Below, piece after piece: positions 7,961-17,008 of a stretch of DNA of 31,026 nucleotides (position 1 is the first letter of the stretch; each line of letters opens with the position of its first letter). Both the position numbers and the translations under genes were made by a program. This DNA comes from a virus (taxonomy: Duplodnaviria; Heunggongvirae; Uroviricota; Caudoviricetes). The stretch lies in the IMG/VR virus record IMGVR_UViG_2579778802_000007, positions 1 to 31,026 of that record; one strand, written 5' to 3'. The notes below the pieces were generated by a model. It saw only the letters and a list, made by a program, of their open reading frames with translations. It did not search any database and was not told where the DNA came from.

Positions 7961-10900
7961 TCAGCTGATACTGATGCCTGCGGTGGCTTTCTTCATCACC
8001 ACAACCAGCAAATCGCTGATACTTGCTGTGGGATACCAGTTATTCACCAGCCATGCTGATACCGAAAACTCCAGCGTCATGTGACCGTGACCGGCAGGCA
8101 TATCAATAACGCCACTGTAAATCAGCGTATTATCCAGCGCGGTACGGTTATAAATTTCAGCACCGTTTTTCCGCACTATCAGACGGCATGAGGAGTAAAT
8201 ATCAGTATGCTCTCTCTCATGCTTAGCGCCACTGAATGCCACCGCCGGAATAACAATTTGCCGGTCAAACGGCTGATCGTCATAAACCCTGACGGTAATG
8301 GTCCCTGATGGCCACCGCTCCGGTGCACGGGAGTCCCGGGGGAAAGCTTTGCCCACTGTTTTAACGAGATCGCCTTCAATCTGGTTCGCGGACAGTTTTC
8401 CCAGAACCCGACAGTTCTCGTTAATCGTGACGTTGTTGAGCGTCCCGGAATTCGCATTCACGTTACCGCTGATATCAGCATTTCTTGCGGTCAGCCTGCC
8501 CTCCGGCGTCAGGGAAAACGTCGGGGGATTGCCGGACGAGGTGATACTCACCGCAAACAGCCGCTTCAGGAACACATCGTTCATGAACAACTGATTCCCC
8601 TGCGCCACAAATAACGGCGTGGTGTTGCCGTCCTCCGGGTTAATCATCGCAATACGGTCAGCCAGCAGCAGTATGTTGCTCAGGGGCTGGCCATCAGTAT
8701 CCTCAATCCCCGCTCCAATACCGGCAACATAGGGTATGCCATTTTTTGTTTTCTGTACCTTCAGCATGTAAAGTGCAGCAAGGTCATCATTTGTGTCCTT
8801 CTGCACGCGCTGTATCTGCTGTATGGTGGCGCTCTGGTCCTCCAGCGTTTTACTGACCGTCTGTGTGATTTCATTGCGGGTTTCTGTGATGGTGGTCTGC
8901 ATTTCCGCCATCTCGTCCTTCAGCTGACTGTTGTCAATCTCTGCCCACAGCGCCTCTGCCAGATGCAGTTTTCCTATCTTTTCCCGGAAAAGTTCCAGAT
9001 AGCCCGCAGCGTCATTGCTCGCCCGTCCACTGGCTTCCACAAAAGCAGATTTACCCACCAGGTTGACGCTGCGCACATAAAACCAGAAATCCTTTCCGGG
9101 CTTAATGTGCGGACCGGAGACACTCCACTGACTGCCGGTCCCCAGATAACGGGCAGAGGTTTCCACCTGTGCGGCGTCTGCAATTTTTGCCTCCGAAAAC
9201 CAGAACTCAAACTGCACCGTCGGGTCATAAATGGTCAGTTTCGGGACTGCCGTTATCTGAAAATACCCCGGCGTCAGTTCAACACCGGCAGGCGCTGCCG
9301 GTGCGTTAATCCGGAACGTGGTGGTGGCGGGTTCGCCCTGCTGGCCATAGCTGTTAATCGCCCTGACCGTCAGGGTGTATTCCCCGAGAGGCAGGCCACT
9401 GAAACGGTGCTCCGTATCGGCAGTGATGGCAGTGGTCAGCAGGCGGCTGTTCTCACCGCTTCCACTGGTCAGGCGCAGACTGAAGCGCACGCCCTTCACC
9501 ACCCGCGGCGTGTCCCATTTCGCCAGCGCCAGATACTGGCCGTCAGCCGCGCTCACCTCCACCGTGAGGTGCTGCACTGCCGGAGGAATGACGCTGTTCA
9601 GGGTGCCTGACTGCGGCTCAAAGCGGGCTCCGTTATCCACAATGGCTTCTTTTTCCGGTACGTGCTGCACCGCCGTGATGGCAAAGGTGCCGTCCGTGTT
9701 TTCCCGGATGGAGACACAGCGGAACAGGCGACGGCTCAGTGACGGCAGGGAGAGTCCCCACACCCCGTATGTCTCCACACCATCAGGCAGGGTACTGACC
9801 TGTATCCGGTCCGGCGCGGGGTGTGCGGTGATGTCCACACTCACCGGCTTACCGCTGCCGTTAATCAGGTTCACCGCCGATGTACCTGTCTCCGGCAGGG
9901 TAACCTCACGGTCCAGCGTCAGGGTGCGGGTGGCAGCATCAATGGACAGGACACGTCCGCCGGTCAGGGTCCCGGCATAGTCATTATCACAGATTTCAAT
10001 AATGTCACCGGGTGTGTGCCGCAGCCCCTGAGACCCGAGTGTGAAATCAACCGTCTGCGTTTCCAGCAGTTCGGTCTTTATCACCCACAGCCCGGCACGG
10101 TGGGCCTGACCGCGGCTGGTACAGCCGAACGCGTCCATCTTCAGCAGGTTGCGTCCGTAGCGCAGTATGGCTTCCGGGTCTTCCACCAGTTCCGTGGAGG
10201 TCTGCCAGCCGTTCTGCGGGTCGGTGTAATTCACCTCCACCGCCGTGTGCCGGTCCTTCAGGGCACTGAAGCTGTAGCGGAACCCCACGCCGTTATCATC
10301 CACCACCACATCGCTGTTGGTGTACGGCCACACCACATCCGACGGGCGGTCCTGAACGAACGTCAGCGTCTGGCCGTTCCATACCGGCATACAGCGCATC
10401 GCCGAGCAGAAATCACTGAGAACGTCCCACGCCTTACGCTGTTGTGCCAGGTACGCATTAAAGGTCATCCGCGGCTCTGTGCCCCCGAAACCATCCGGGA
10501 CCGTCTGGTCGCAGTACTGCCCGATGGCATACAGCGCCCACTTGTCCACATCCGCCGCCCCCAGGCGTTTTCCCATCCCGTAGCGCGGGTGAGTCAGCAT
10601 GTCCCACAGACACCAGGCCGGGTTGTTGCTGTATGCCGGTTTCAGACTGCCGTCCCAGATACCGCTGTACGTGCGTTTTTCCGGGTCATAGTTTGACGGC
10701 ACCTGGATGATGCGACCGCGGATATGGTAGTTCACCGTCATCTGCTGGCCGCCGAACTGCTCCGCATCCACCTGCAGCCCCACAATGGCCGTGTTCGGGT
10801 AGCACTGTTTCACATCGATGATTTCGGTGTATGACGACCAGAGCGTCTTATTCAGCAGCTGGTCCGTGGTGCTGTCCGCCGTCTCCCTGACCATCCGGAT

Positions 10901-11434
10901 GTTAAAGGGCCGGGGCGGCAGATTATCCAGAATCACCGACGCCAGGAACTGCGAGGTGGTCTTGCCGTTAATGGTGACATCCTTTTCCGTCATCCATTTA
11001 CCACCACGCTCAAGCTGAATCAGCAGGCGGACAGACGTCGGGTTACGGTCACCCTTTGAGGTGGTCTCCACCAGTGACTGCACCCCGAAGGTCACCCGCA
11101 GGCGGTCAATGTTCGCGGACGTAATGGTGCGCGTCACCGGCTTTGCCTTCGTCACTTCCACGCCTGGTCCGGTTTCAGCTCCGGAGGACTCAAAGCCTTC
11201 CGGTGGTGTCTGCTCCTGCTCCCCGGCGCGCCAGACCGCCGTCACACCGTGTATCACGGGATTACCGTCCGTGTCCGTCAGCGGGGTTTTGTTCACCAGG
11301 ATACTCTGCAGTCCCTTCACCGGACCTTCTATCGGTCCCTCACCAATCGCATCAATCACGCTCATCATCTGCGTGGATTTGAGATTATCCTTCGCCTCAC
11401 GAGGTGTGTGCGCCTTGCCGCCACCTTTACCCAT
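7961..11434 (-). CDS. J: Tail tip / host specificity protein J
   Basis: Collinear similarity to lambda gpJ from '[22 protein letters not shown]' through the C-terminal receptor-binding region. Confidence 0.97.
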   Translation of the reverse strand: MGKGGGKAHTPREAKDNLKSTQMMSVIDAIGEGPIEGPVKGLQSILVNKTPLTDTDGNPVIHGVTAVWRAGEQEQTPPEGFESSGAETGPGVEVTKAKPVTRTITSANIDRLRVTFGVQSLVETTSKGDRNPTSVRLLIQLERGGKWMTEKDVTINGKTTSQFLASVILDNLPPRPFNIRMVRETADSTTDQLLNKTLWSSYTEIIDVKQCYPNTAIVGLQVDAEQFGGQQMTVNYHIRGRIIQVPSNYDPEKRTYSGIWDGSLKPAYSNNPAWCLWDMLTHPRYGMGKRLGAADVDKWALYAIGQYCDQTVPDGFGGTEPRMTFNAYLAQQRKAWDVLSDFCSAMRCMPVWNGQTLTFVQDRPSDVVWPYTNSDVVVDDNGVGFRYSFSALKDRHTAVEVNYTDPQNGWQTSTELVEDPEAILRYGRNLLKMDAFGCTSRGQAHRAGLWVIKTELLETQTVDFTLGSQGLRHTPGDIIEICDNDYAGTLTGGRVLSIDAATRTLTLDREVTLPETGTSAVNLINGSGKPVSVDITAHPAPDRIQVSTLPDGVETYGVWGLSLPSLSRRLFRCVSIRENTDGTFAITAVQHVPEKEAIVDNGARFEPQSGTLNSVIPPAVQHLTVEVSAADGQYLALAKWDTPRVVKGVRFSLRLTSGSGENSRLLTTAITADTEHRFSGLPLGEYTLTVRAINSYGQQGEPATTTFRINAPAAPAGVELTPGYFQITAVPKLTIYDPTVQFEFWFSEAKIADAAQVETSARYLGTGSQWSVSGPHIKPGKDFWFYVRSVNLVGKSAFVEASGRASNDAAGYLELFREKIGKLHLAEALWAEIDNSQLKDEMAEMQTTITETRNEITQTVSKTLEDQSATIQQIQRVQKDTNDDLAALYMLKVQKTKNGIPYVAGIGAGIEDTDGQPLSNILLLADRIAMINPEDGNTTPLFVAQGNQLFMNDVFLKRLFAVSITSSGNPPTFSLTPEGRLTARNADISGNVNANSGTLNNVTINENCRVLGKLSANQIEGDLVKTVGKAFPRDSRAPERWPSGTITVRVYDDQPFDRQIVIPAVAFSGAKHEREHTDIYSSCRLIVRKNGAEIYNRTALDNTLIYSGVIDMPAGHGHMTLEFSVSAWLVNNWYPTASISDLLVVVMKKATAGISIS

Positions 11435-11569
11435 GATAACTCCTGTTAATTGATATGATCAATCGAAGCAATAGTCACATTCAATAACTATTGCGCGATA
11501 TCATCAGAACGCTGTTTGTACTCCTGCAGTCAGTAAACTCAGTCTGTTAAAATAATTAATGAGGGTTTT

Positions 11570-12097
11570 ATGAACCGTAAAAGTCTTGCTGCTATTGCAA
11601 TGGTGCTGGCAACATCATGTGGATATGCCGCCACAATAAAAGTCCCCATGAACCTTGTTAATGCCGATGGTAAAGAGGTGAGCGCCGGAACAATAACTAT
11701 CCAGGAGACCAGCTATGGTCTCCTGTTCACACCAGATCTGCACTCTTTACCTCAGGGCATTCATGGATTTCATGTGCACGAAAAGGGAAGTTGCGCGCCG
11801 GCTCTGAAAGATGGAGTATCTGTTGCGGCATTAGCAGCTGGCGGTCACTTTGACCCGAAACAGACTGGAAAACATCTTGGTCCCTGGTCTCCTGATGGTC
11901 ACCTGGGCGATCTCCCGGCTCTGTACGTGACTCATGACGGAAAAGCAAACTATCCGGTTCTCGCACCAAAACTGAAAGAATTAACAGAAATAAGCGGACG
12001 GTCTCTTATGATCCACATTGGCGGTGACAACTATCATGACCATCCAGATCCACTCGGCGGCGGCGGTGCAAGAATGGGCTGTGGTATCATCCCATAA
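11570..12097 (+). CDS. sodC: Periplasmic Cu,Zn superoxide dismutase with N-terminal signal peptide (accessory gene)
   Basis: Motifs '[10 protein letters not shown]', 'GGHFDP', 'GHLGDLP', '[12 protein letters not shown]' match bacterial SodC; hydrophobic N-terminus; RBS GAGGG. Confidence 0.92.
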   Translation: MNRKSLAAIAMVLATSCGYAATIKVPMNLVNADGKEVSAGTITIQETSYGLLFTPDLHSLPQGIHGFHVHEKGSCAPALKDGVSVAALAAGGHFDPKQTGKHLGPWSPDGHLGDLPALYVTHDGKANYPVLAPKLKELTEISGRSLMIHIGGDNYHDHPDPLGGGGARMGCGIIP

Positions 12098-12104
12098 CAA
12101 GTCT

Positions 12105-12136
12105 GGTAAGGGGAGCTGCCCCCTTACCTTTTCTCC
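12105..12136 (+). terminator. Rho-independent terminator of sodC (GGTAAGGGG-AGCTGC-CCCTTACC + TTTTCTCC)
   Basis: Perfect 9-bp stem followed by a T-run on the plus strand only. Confidence 0.7.
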
Positions 12137-12199
12137 ACCAGTCAATGAATCCGCTCTCGCCAGAAGAACAAACAGAAAAACTCTGAATATCTTCACATT

Positions 12200-12330
12200 T
12201 TCACAAAATCCCTGTGGCACTTATAATTTCTCTGCGTTAATTTTTTTGTCGTGACATAAGAATAATTCCTTACACTTAATCTTCGTAACTCTCCCGCAGT
12301 TCCTGTCCGCGATCACTGCGGGATTTTTTT
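12200..12330 (+). ncRNA. Candidate small RNA: promoter (TTCACA - 16 bp - TATAAT) followed ~95 nt later by hairpin CCCGCAGT...ACTGCGGG + T7
   Basis: Promoter-like hexamers at 12200-12205 / 12222-12227 and a plus-strand terminator at 12293-12330, with no ORF between them. Confidence 0.25.
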
Positions 12331-12337
12331 ATTCTTT

Positions 12338-13018
12338 TTACCCCTGCCGCCCGATAACCACGACCTTTCCGCCCCCGCCTTCATCACGGGTACTGATGTC
12401 CTGGGAGATTCGCCGGGAGCCAACCAGCATTTCCCCGTAAGGCACCGGCATCGGGTTCCCCTGGGCAATCATGTTATCCAGCGAGGAAAAGTACGTGTTC
12501 TGTCTGCCGTTATCCGTTACGCGGTAATCCGGTGTTTTTGCCTTCGGGGCCAGCATCTGTGCCATACCGCCCAGTATCATGCTGGCCCCCAGTGAAAACA
12601 GCATCGTGGTGGCAGAAAAACCACCGGCTGCCAGGGCTGAACCCCATAACGCCATCGAGGCACCGGCCGTGAAGAAAGAGCCCACGATGGCTGCCGCCCC
12701 CAGCACAATCTGCAGTCCGCCCTTTCCGGCTCCGGCCAGTCGCGGCACAATGTGGATGACCGTTCCCTCACCCAGCTGTTCGTGAAGACGGGCGTACACC
12801 GCCTCCGGTGCCGTGTCATCACCGGCAATACGTATCTGGTACCAGCCTTCGTTCATCTGACGGCGAAAGCCCGGCATCTGCATCGACAGGGCGCGAATGG
12901 CTTCCGCTGCCGTGTTCACATACAGGCTGAGGCGGCGGCCAAATCGTTGTAAATCCCCGTGAAGGCAGATGCGTGCCAGTGGCGGTGACGCCAGACAGAA
13001 TGCGTTCGTCGTTGCCAT
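12338..13018 (-). CDS. I: Tail assembly protein I
   Basis: Similarity to lambda gpI ('ARICLHGDLQRFGRR...QIVLGAAAIVGSFFTAG...KTPDYRVTDNGRQNTYFSSLDNM'). Confidence 0.93.
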   Translation of the reverse strand: MATTNAFCLASPPLARICLHGDLQRFGRRLSLYVNTAAEAIRALSMQMPGFRRQMNEGWYQIRIAGDDTAPEAVYARLHEQLGEGTVIHIVPRLAGAGKGGLQIVLGAAAIVGSFFTAGASMALWGSALAAGGFSATTMLFSLGASMILGGMAQMLAPKAKTPDYRVTDNGRQNTYFSSLDNMIAQGNPMPVPYGEMLVGSRRISQDISTRDEGGGGKVVVIGRQG

Positions 13019-13653
13019 TTTTCGGAATACCTCTCCCGTTTACTCAGTTGTTCAGGCAGATGGTGAAGCAGCTCACCGTTGCCACAGTAAATGGCGGCAT
13101 GGTTCGGTACCGAAGCACCAAAGCAGCACAGCAGAATATCGCCCGCCTGTGCAGAGGACAGGGGCACCCGGTAAAAGCCCGTTCCCTCCATATTGTCCAG
13201 GTACAGGTTCTGGCCATTGCGCCACCAGTCATCCTCGCGATGAAAATCCGGCATTTCAGTCCCCGCCAGATGGTAAGCATCCCGGAACAGGGTGTAACAG
13301 TCCGTCACCCCGTGTTCAAAGCGCCGTCCCGTCAGGTGTGGCACACAGCGGAATTTGTGAATGTCACCCCGGCAGACCAGCCACCAGGGCAGTGCGCTTT
13401 TTATCTGCAGCCGCCGGTCAGCCTCGCTCAGCCAGGGCAGCCCACCGGGATGACTGTGGACCAGTGCCACAATCTCCCCCGACATCTCTGCCCGCAGCCA
13501 GTCTTCCGGTGCGATACGAAAATACGCCTCCGGCTCTGCGGAAATATTCACACAAGGGATATACCGCTCCCCCTCCGGCGTTCTCACCACGAAGCCGCAC
13601 GACTCCGCAGGCGCACACCGCCGGGCATGTGCCAATATATTGCTATAGAGCAT
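12916..13653 (-). CDS. K: Tail assembly protein K (NlpC/P60-like, JAB/MPN-like)
   Basis: Similarity to lambda gpK ('VHSHPGG.PWLSEADRRLQ...HLTGRRFEHGVTDC.TLFRDAYHLAG'). Start set to ATG 13653, which has AGGAG upstream. Confidence 0.93.
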   Translation of the reverse strand: MLYSNILAHARRCAPAESCGFVVRTPEGERYIPCVNISAEPEAYFRIAPEDWLRAEMSGEIVALVHSHPGGLPWLSEADRRLQIKSALPWWLVCRGDIHKFRCVPHLTGRRFEHGVTDCYTLFRDAYHLAGTEMPDFHREDDWWRNGQNLYLDNMEGTGFYRVPLSSAQAGDILLCCFGASVPNHAAIYCGNGELLHHLPEQLSKRERYSEKWQRRTHSVWRHRHWHASAFTGIYNDLAAASACM

Positions 13654-13707
13654 GAGAACTCCTGATAAAAAACCCAGCCGAGGCTGGGTCATTTCGTTGG
13701 TAATCTG

Positions 13708-14610
13708 TTAGTAGTGATGCAGTGAAGGCGGCAACTCTTTGCTCTTAAGCCTTACCCATGCGGAAAGATTCGTTGGTCCATCTGGCTCATTAATATCAAC
13801 ATCTCGTGTGTGATTGATTAAAACGTCTCTCGCCATTCCAATAACATACGAGAACTCATGGCCGTAGTTGTAGCACCTGTCAGAATAGTTCGATTGAATT
13901 TGCTTTAGCGCCGGATACAGTTCGCGGAATAATGCCTGTGAGCGGTTGGCATAATCCCATAGCCATACAAGGCTGTTTGCTTCTTTTGCGGAAAGCTCGT
14001 TGGTTTTCTTCTCTTGTTTGCCAATGAACTCACCTTCAAGCACTACCCTGTGGATGTACTCTACGGCTTGCGGTATCTGAGATGCATCAAGCTCTTCAAT
14101 ACTTTCCACATTGAAACGCTGATGAATCATTGCATAAGCTTCTGGGTACATTAGATGCTTTTTGCTGACCAGCATATTTACAGCATCACGAAGCGGAGTC
14201 CTGTCATCAACAGATGTTTTCTTACGTGCATTTTCTGCCTTTCCCTTTGTCCAGTAGTCATGCAGCACAGTAAAGCATTCTTCCTGGTACTGAATCAGTT
14301 TATCGCGGATGTCAGCACGAACTTTCTCGGGGTTGATGCTGAACAGCCATCCATTTAACTTCTTCAAAGGAAGGCAGAGTAGCTTACGAAGCTTTCCATC
14401 AGCAGCAACCATATTCATATGAATACAGTTGAACTTATCTAGTTGTTTCATAAGTTTTTGTTGCTGAGTACCCCAGCTCATTCCGAGGTTTTCAACGATT
14501 GGCTTCATCGCAACATATGCAACTCCGGCAGCCATGGCGGTGATAATTTGCTGACCGTTGAATGGTACGTAAGAGGTGTTCACTGCTTCTAAAATTGCTA
14601 TACTATTCAT
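13708..14610 (-). CDS. Antirepressor-like protein (P22 Ant N-terminal-type domain)
   Basis: N-terminus '[22 protein letters not shown]...[21 protein letters not shown]' resembles antirepressor N-terminal domains. Sits downstream of the arc-like gene, as ant does in P22 immI. Start at ATG 14610 (GGAG upstream). Confidence 0.55.
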   Translation of the reverse strand: MNSIAILEAVNTSYVPFNGQQIITAMAAGVAYVAMKPIVENLGMSWGTQQQKLMKQLDKFNCIHMNMVAADGKLRKLLCLPLKKLNGWLFSINPEKVRADIRDKLIQYQEECFTVLHDYWTKGKAENARKKTSVDDRTPLRDAVNMLVSKKHLMYPEAYAMIHQRFNVESIEELDASQIPQAVEYIHRVVLEGEFIGKQEKKTNELSAKEANSLVWLWDYANRSQALFRELYPALKQIQSNYSDRCYNYGHEFSYVIGMARDVLINHTRDVDINEPDGPTNLSAWVRLKSKELPPSLHHY

Positions 14611-14672
14611 GTTGGTTTTTCTCCACGGATTTACTGACAACCGAAGCCCTGACTGTTCCCGCAGTTGGGGCT

Positions 14673-14876
14673 TCAACTTTCTGCTCTATCAGTTATATCT
14701 TTCCCTTCATATACTTCACCTATATTGCTAATGCTGGCAGAACATCCAAGATGCTTGTATCTTATGATGTCCAACACGCAGTCACTACACAGCATCCGAC
14801 CTGTTTCTTTAGAGTAAATGTATGTTTGATCAGCGTCTGATTCGCTAATGCCGCAGAAACAACATTCTTTACTCAT
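14673..14876 (-). CDS. Small Cys-rich protein (67 aa; CxxC...CxxC, zinc-ribbon-like), hypothetical
   Basis: ATG overlaps the arc-like stop (ATGA); purine-rich SD upstream; 'CCFCG...CSDCV' motif. Confidence 0.4.
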   Translation of the reverse strand: MSKECCFCGISESDADQTYIYSKETGRMLCSDCVLDIIRYKHLGCSASISNIGEVYEGKDITDRAES

Positions 14877-15025
14877 ACCATTACCCCCTCTCTCTTCAAG
14901 CTGTCTATCAGGCGCTTGATAACCTCTGAGTTAAACGACCTGCACTCTTCCTTTGCCCTGCTACCTATAGCATCCTTTAACGACTGCGGCATCCTTACCA
15001 AAATCTTACTTATTTCTTTCTCCAT
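14873..15025 (-). CDS. arc: Arc-like ribbon-helix-helix repressor
   Basis: 'MPQSLKDAIGSRAKEECRSFNSEVIKRLIDSLKREG' resembles P22 Arc ('...VRKVAEENGRSVNSEIYQRVMESFKKEG'). Start at ATG 15025 (GGAGGG 4 nt upstream); an alternative in-frame ATG lies at 15037. Confidence 0.7.
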   Translation of the reverse strand: MEKEISKILVRMPQSLKDAIGSRAKEECRSFNSEVIKRLIDSLKREGVMV

Positions 15026-15139
15026 GTTACCCTCCATACAAACAACTCTTTTCGAATACAAAAGATAGCAAAGCGAGTATATCTAGTCAAAATTTTTTTG
15101 CATACACTTTGCTATCAAATTGAATACCAAAGGTGTGAT
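15026..15139. promoter_or_regulatory. Divergent arc/mnt control region with 10-bp perfect inverted repeat GATAGCAAAG (15064-15073) / CTTTGCTATC (15107-15116)
   Basis: Inverted repeat seen in sequence; divergent RHH genes flank it as in the P22 Pant/Pmnt region. Confidence 0.45.
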
Positions 15140-15388
15140 ATGGCAAAGGGTGTGTCAATTTCTCCAACTACGGTAAGAATCCCTGAATCTTTACGCGAGG
15201 CTCTTGCTGTCAGAGCATCAAAAAATGGTCGCTCTGTTAACTCCGAGATCGTCATGATTTTGCAAGCCGCGATTGATGAAGATAGGTCGCCAAAGTCAGT
15301 TGAGTCATTTGCTCAGCAAGAAGCAGACAAATTCAAAGAGGCGCTGCTTGAGACGCTAAAGACCATGTATGGTAAGGATGAAAAATAA
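15140..15388 (+). CDS. mnt: Mnt-like ribbon-helix-helix repressor (83 aa)
   Basis: 'ESLREALAVRASKNGRSVNSEIVMILQAAIDE' resembles P22 Mnt ('...KLKFRAEANGRSMNSELLQIVQDAL'). Same length as P22 Mnt; SD AAGGTG upstream. Confidence 0.7.
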   Translation: MAKGVSISPTTVRIPESLREALAVRASKNGRSVNSEIVMILQAAIDEDRSPKSVESFAQQEADKFKEALLETLKTMYGKDEK

Positions 15389-15924
15389 TGCTGCACACAA
15401 TTCATTTCTTATGCCCCGTTAACACTGCCACTGTTGGGCAACTTCAGAACCACTGTCTCACCGCATTATCTCAAGGCGCAACTGAATTAAATATCCATAT
15501 ATCAAGTCAGGGAGGGGAAACTGCCGCTGGCTTTACTGCGTATAACTTTCTTAAGTCACTCCCTGTTACCGTTAGAACTCACAACATAAGCAATGTTGAA
15601 TCCATAGCTAATATCGTTTTCCTGGCTGGCTCAGAACGTTTCGCAAACCCATTATCAAGATTCCTGTTACATCCTCTATTATGGTGCTTTGCCTCCCCAG
15701 CCGCCGACCATGCCAGATTGAGAGAGTACGGGAAATGCCTCGATAACGATCTTGATCGCTTCGTTGAGACGTTCAATATCGACATCGGAACCCATATTAG
15801 GTGGGCATCCCTGATAGCAGACTCGACCATTTTGGATGCTAACAAGGCTCTTGAGCATGGCATAATTAATTCCATAAAAACTGCAAGGCTGGCATCCAAT
15901 CAGGCAAACTGGTGGGTTGTTTGA
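15388..15924 (+). CDS. ClpP/crotonase-fold serine peptidase-like protein (S14/S49-like), translationally coupled to mnt (TAATG overlap)
   Basis: 'ELNIHISSQGGETAAGFTAYNFLKSLPVTVRTHNISNVESIANIVFLAGSERFANPLSRFLLHP' parallels the ClpP core ('IYLYINSPGG...GQAASMGAFLL...RVMIHQP'), with candidate Ser and His at corresponding positions. Confidence 0.7.
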   Translation: MLHTIHFLCPVNTATVGQLQNHCLTALSQGATELNIHISSQGGETAAGFTAYNFLKSLPVTVRTHNISNVESIANIVFLAGSERFANPLSRFLLHPLLWCFASPAADHARLREYGKCLDNDLDRFVETFNIDIGTHIRWASLIADSTILDANKALEHGIINSIKTARLASNQANWWVV

Positions 15925-15944
15925 TGGGTAAATCATGATTACTC

Positions 15945-15971
15945 CTTATAAAAAACCCACCTGACGGTGGG
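15945..15971 (-). terminator. Rho-independent terminator on the late (minus) strand immediately after L (CCCACC-GTCA-GGTGGG + TTTTTTAT)
   Basis: 6-bp GC stem with 4-nt loop followed by a T-run in the minus orientation, about 10 nt past the L stop. Confidence 0.55.
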
Positions 15972-15980
15972 CATAATCCA

Positions 15981-16679
15981 TTACTGCGAAAGTTTATTAA
16001 TGGAAAGGAAACCGCCAAAATTGCCGACATTCCTGCGCAGTTCACACCCGCGCATGCACTTGCTGCATCTGTCCTTACGGATATCCGTGGTGGGTTTATC
16101 GAACTCATCCGCCACAGCCCCGCCCGTGTAACCACACTCATCAGAGCGGTAGGTCCACATACAGGTGTTCGCCAGCATGATACGACCGGGAAACAGCGCC
16201 CCGTCCGTCTCGGTCGGTGTGGCCAGCACAAACGAGGCCGTCATGGCTGTCAGCTCCGACATCTGCTCCACCACCCAGCGGTCACTCAGCTCCTGCTCCG
16301 GGTCCGCCTCCGGATTGCCCGCAACGAAATTCACCGCATCCAGAAAACGGGCATACACCCGGCGGCGGACCACCGTGGCCCCCACCAGGCTCTGCAAATC
16401 CTCCGCCATTCCGGTGACAAGACCAAACAGATTGGACACCGTCAGCGACGGTCTGGCACTGCTGCCCTTCCCGCTCATCTCAAAACCGCTGCCGTCAATC
16501 GGGTATGCCTCATACTTACGCCCCTGCCAGGTGACCGGCTCCCCTTTTTCATTCAGCTCATTACAGAAAAAATACCGCTCACCGCCCTGTACCGTCAGGT
16601 CGATTTCCCAGAGTACCACCCGCGGTGACTGCTCTGATTTAACCGACTCGTTCAGACTTTCTTCGTGAATATCCTGCAT
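15981..16679 (-). CDS. L: Minor tail protein L
   Basis: Near-collinear identity with lambda gpL ('MQDIHEESLNE...WEIDLT..GGERYFFCNE.NEKGEPVTWQGR.Y'). Confidence 0.95.
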   Translation of the reverse strand: MQDIHEESLNESVKSEQSPRVVLWEIDLTVQGGERYFFCNELNEKGEPVTWQGRKYEAYPIDGSGFEMSGKGSSARPSLTVSNLFGLVTGMAEDLQSLVGATVVRRRVYARFLDAVNFVAGNPEADPEQELSDRWVVEQMSELTAMTASFVLATPTETDGALFPGRIMLANTCMWTYRSDECGYTGGAVADEFDKPTTDIRKDRCSKCMRGCELRRNVGNFGGFLSINKLSQ

Positions 16680-17008
16680 CAGTTCACCACCTGCTTAAAC
16701 TCCGCGCTGAACTCAACGCGCAACATCCCGACCCGCGCAGACCACCCGGCACAGGTCACCTTTATCTGCCGGTATGCATAGGGTGGCTTCCACAAAAATG
16801 CCTTCCAGCCACCGTGCTCTGCCAGAAACGCTTCCAGATGCCGGGCCTCCTCCCGGGTCACGGAAAGCATCACCCGGTATGTTTTCAGGTCAGCATTCAG
16901 CCCTGCCGCCATACGCTGTGAGTACCCGTCACCAAAACGCACTTCACGCACCGATGGCTGCGAGTTCACCTCCATATCCGGTTTCACTTTCCAGCGAAAG
17001 GTTTTCAT
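16679..17008 (-). CDS. M: Minor tail protein M
   Basis: Similarity to lambda gpM; overlaps the L start. Confidence 0.93.
   Translation of the reverse strand: MKTFRWKVKPDMEVNSQPSVREVRFGDGYSQRMAAGLNADLKTYRVMLSVTREEARHLEAFLAEHGGWKAFLWKPPYAYRQIKVTCAGWSARVGMLRVEFSAEFKQVVN

Noticed and set aside
8963-10696. Plus-strand ORFs antisense to J (8963..9610, 9375..9980, 9821..10696)
   Set aside because: Embedded antisense in a gene with full-length homology to lambda J; Arg/Cys-rich artefactual composition; no RBS.
12969-13665. Two ~230-aa plus-strand ORFs antisense to K and I
   Set aside because: They overlap the K and I genes, which have clear lambda homology; artefactual composition.
15679-15936. 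85-aa minus-strand ORF with a good AAGGAG SD, antisense to the 3' half of the ClpP-like gene
   Set aside because: It overlaps a gene with a coherent ClpP-like fold signature over nearly its whole length, and its SD coincides with the T-run of the L terminator. Most likely fortuitous, though not excluded.
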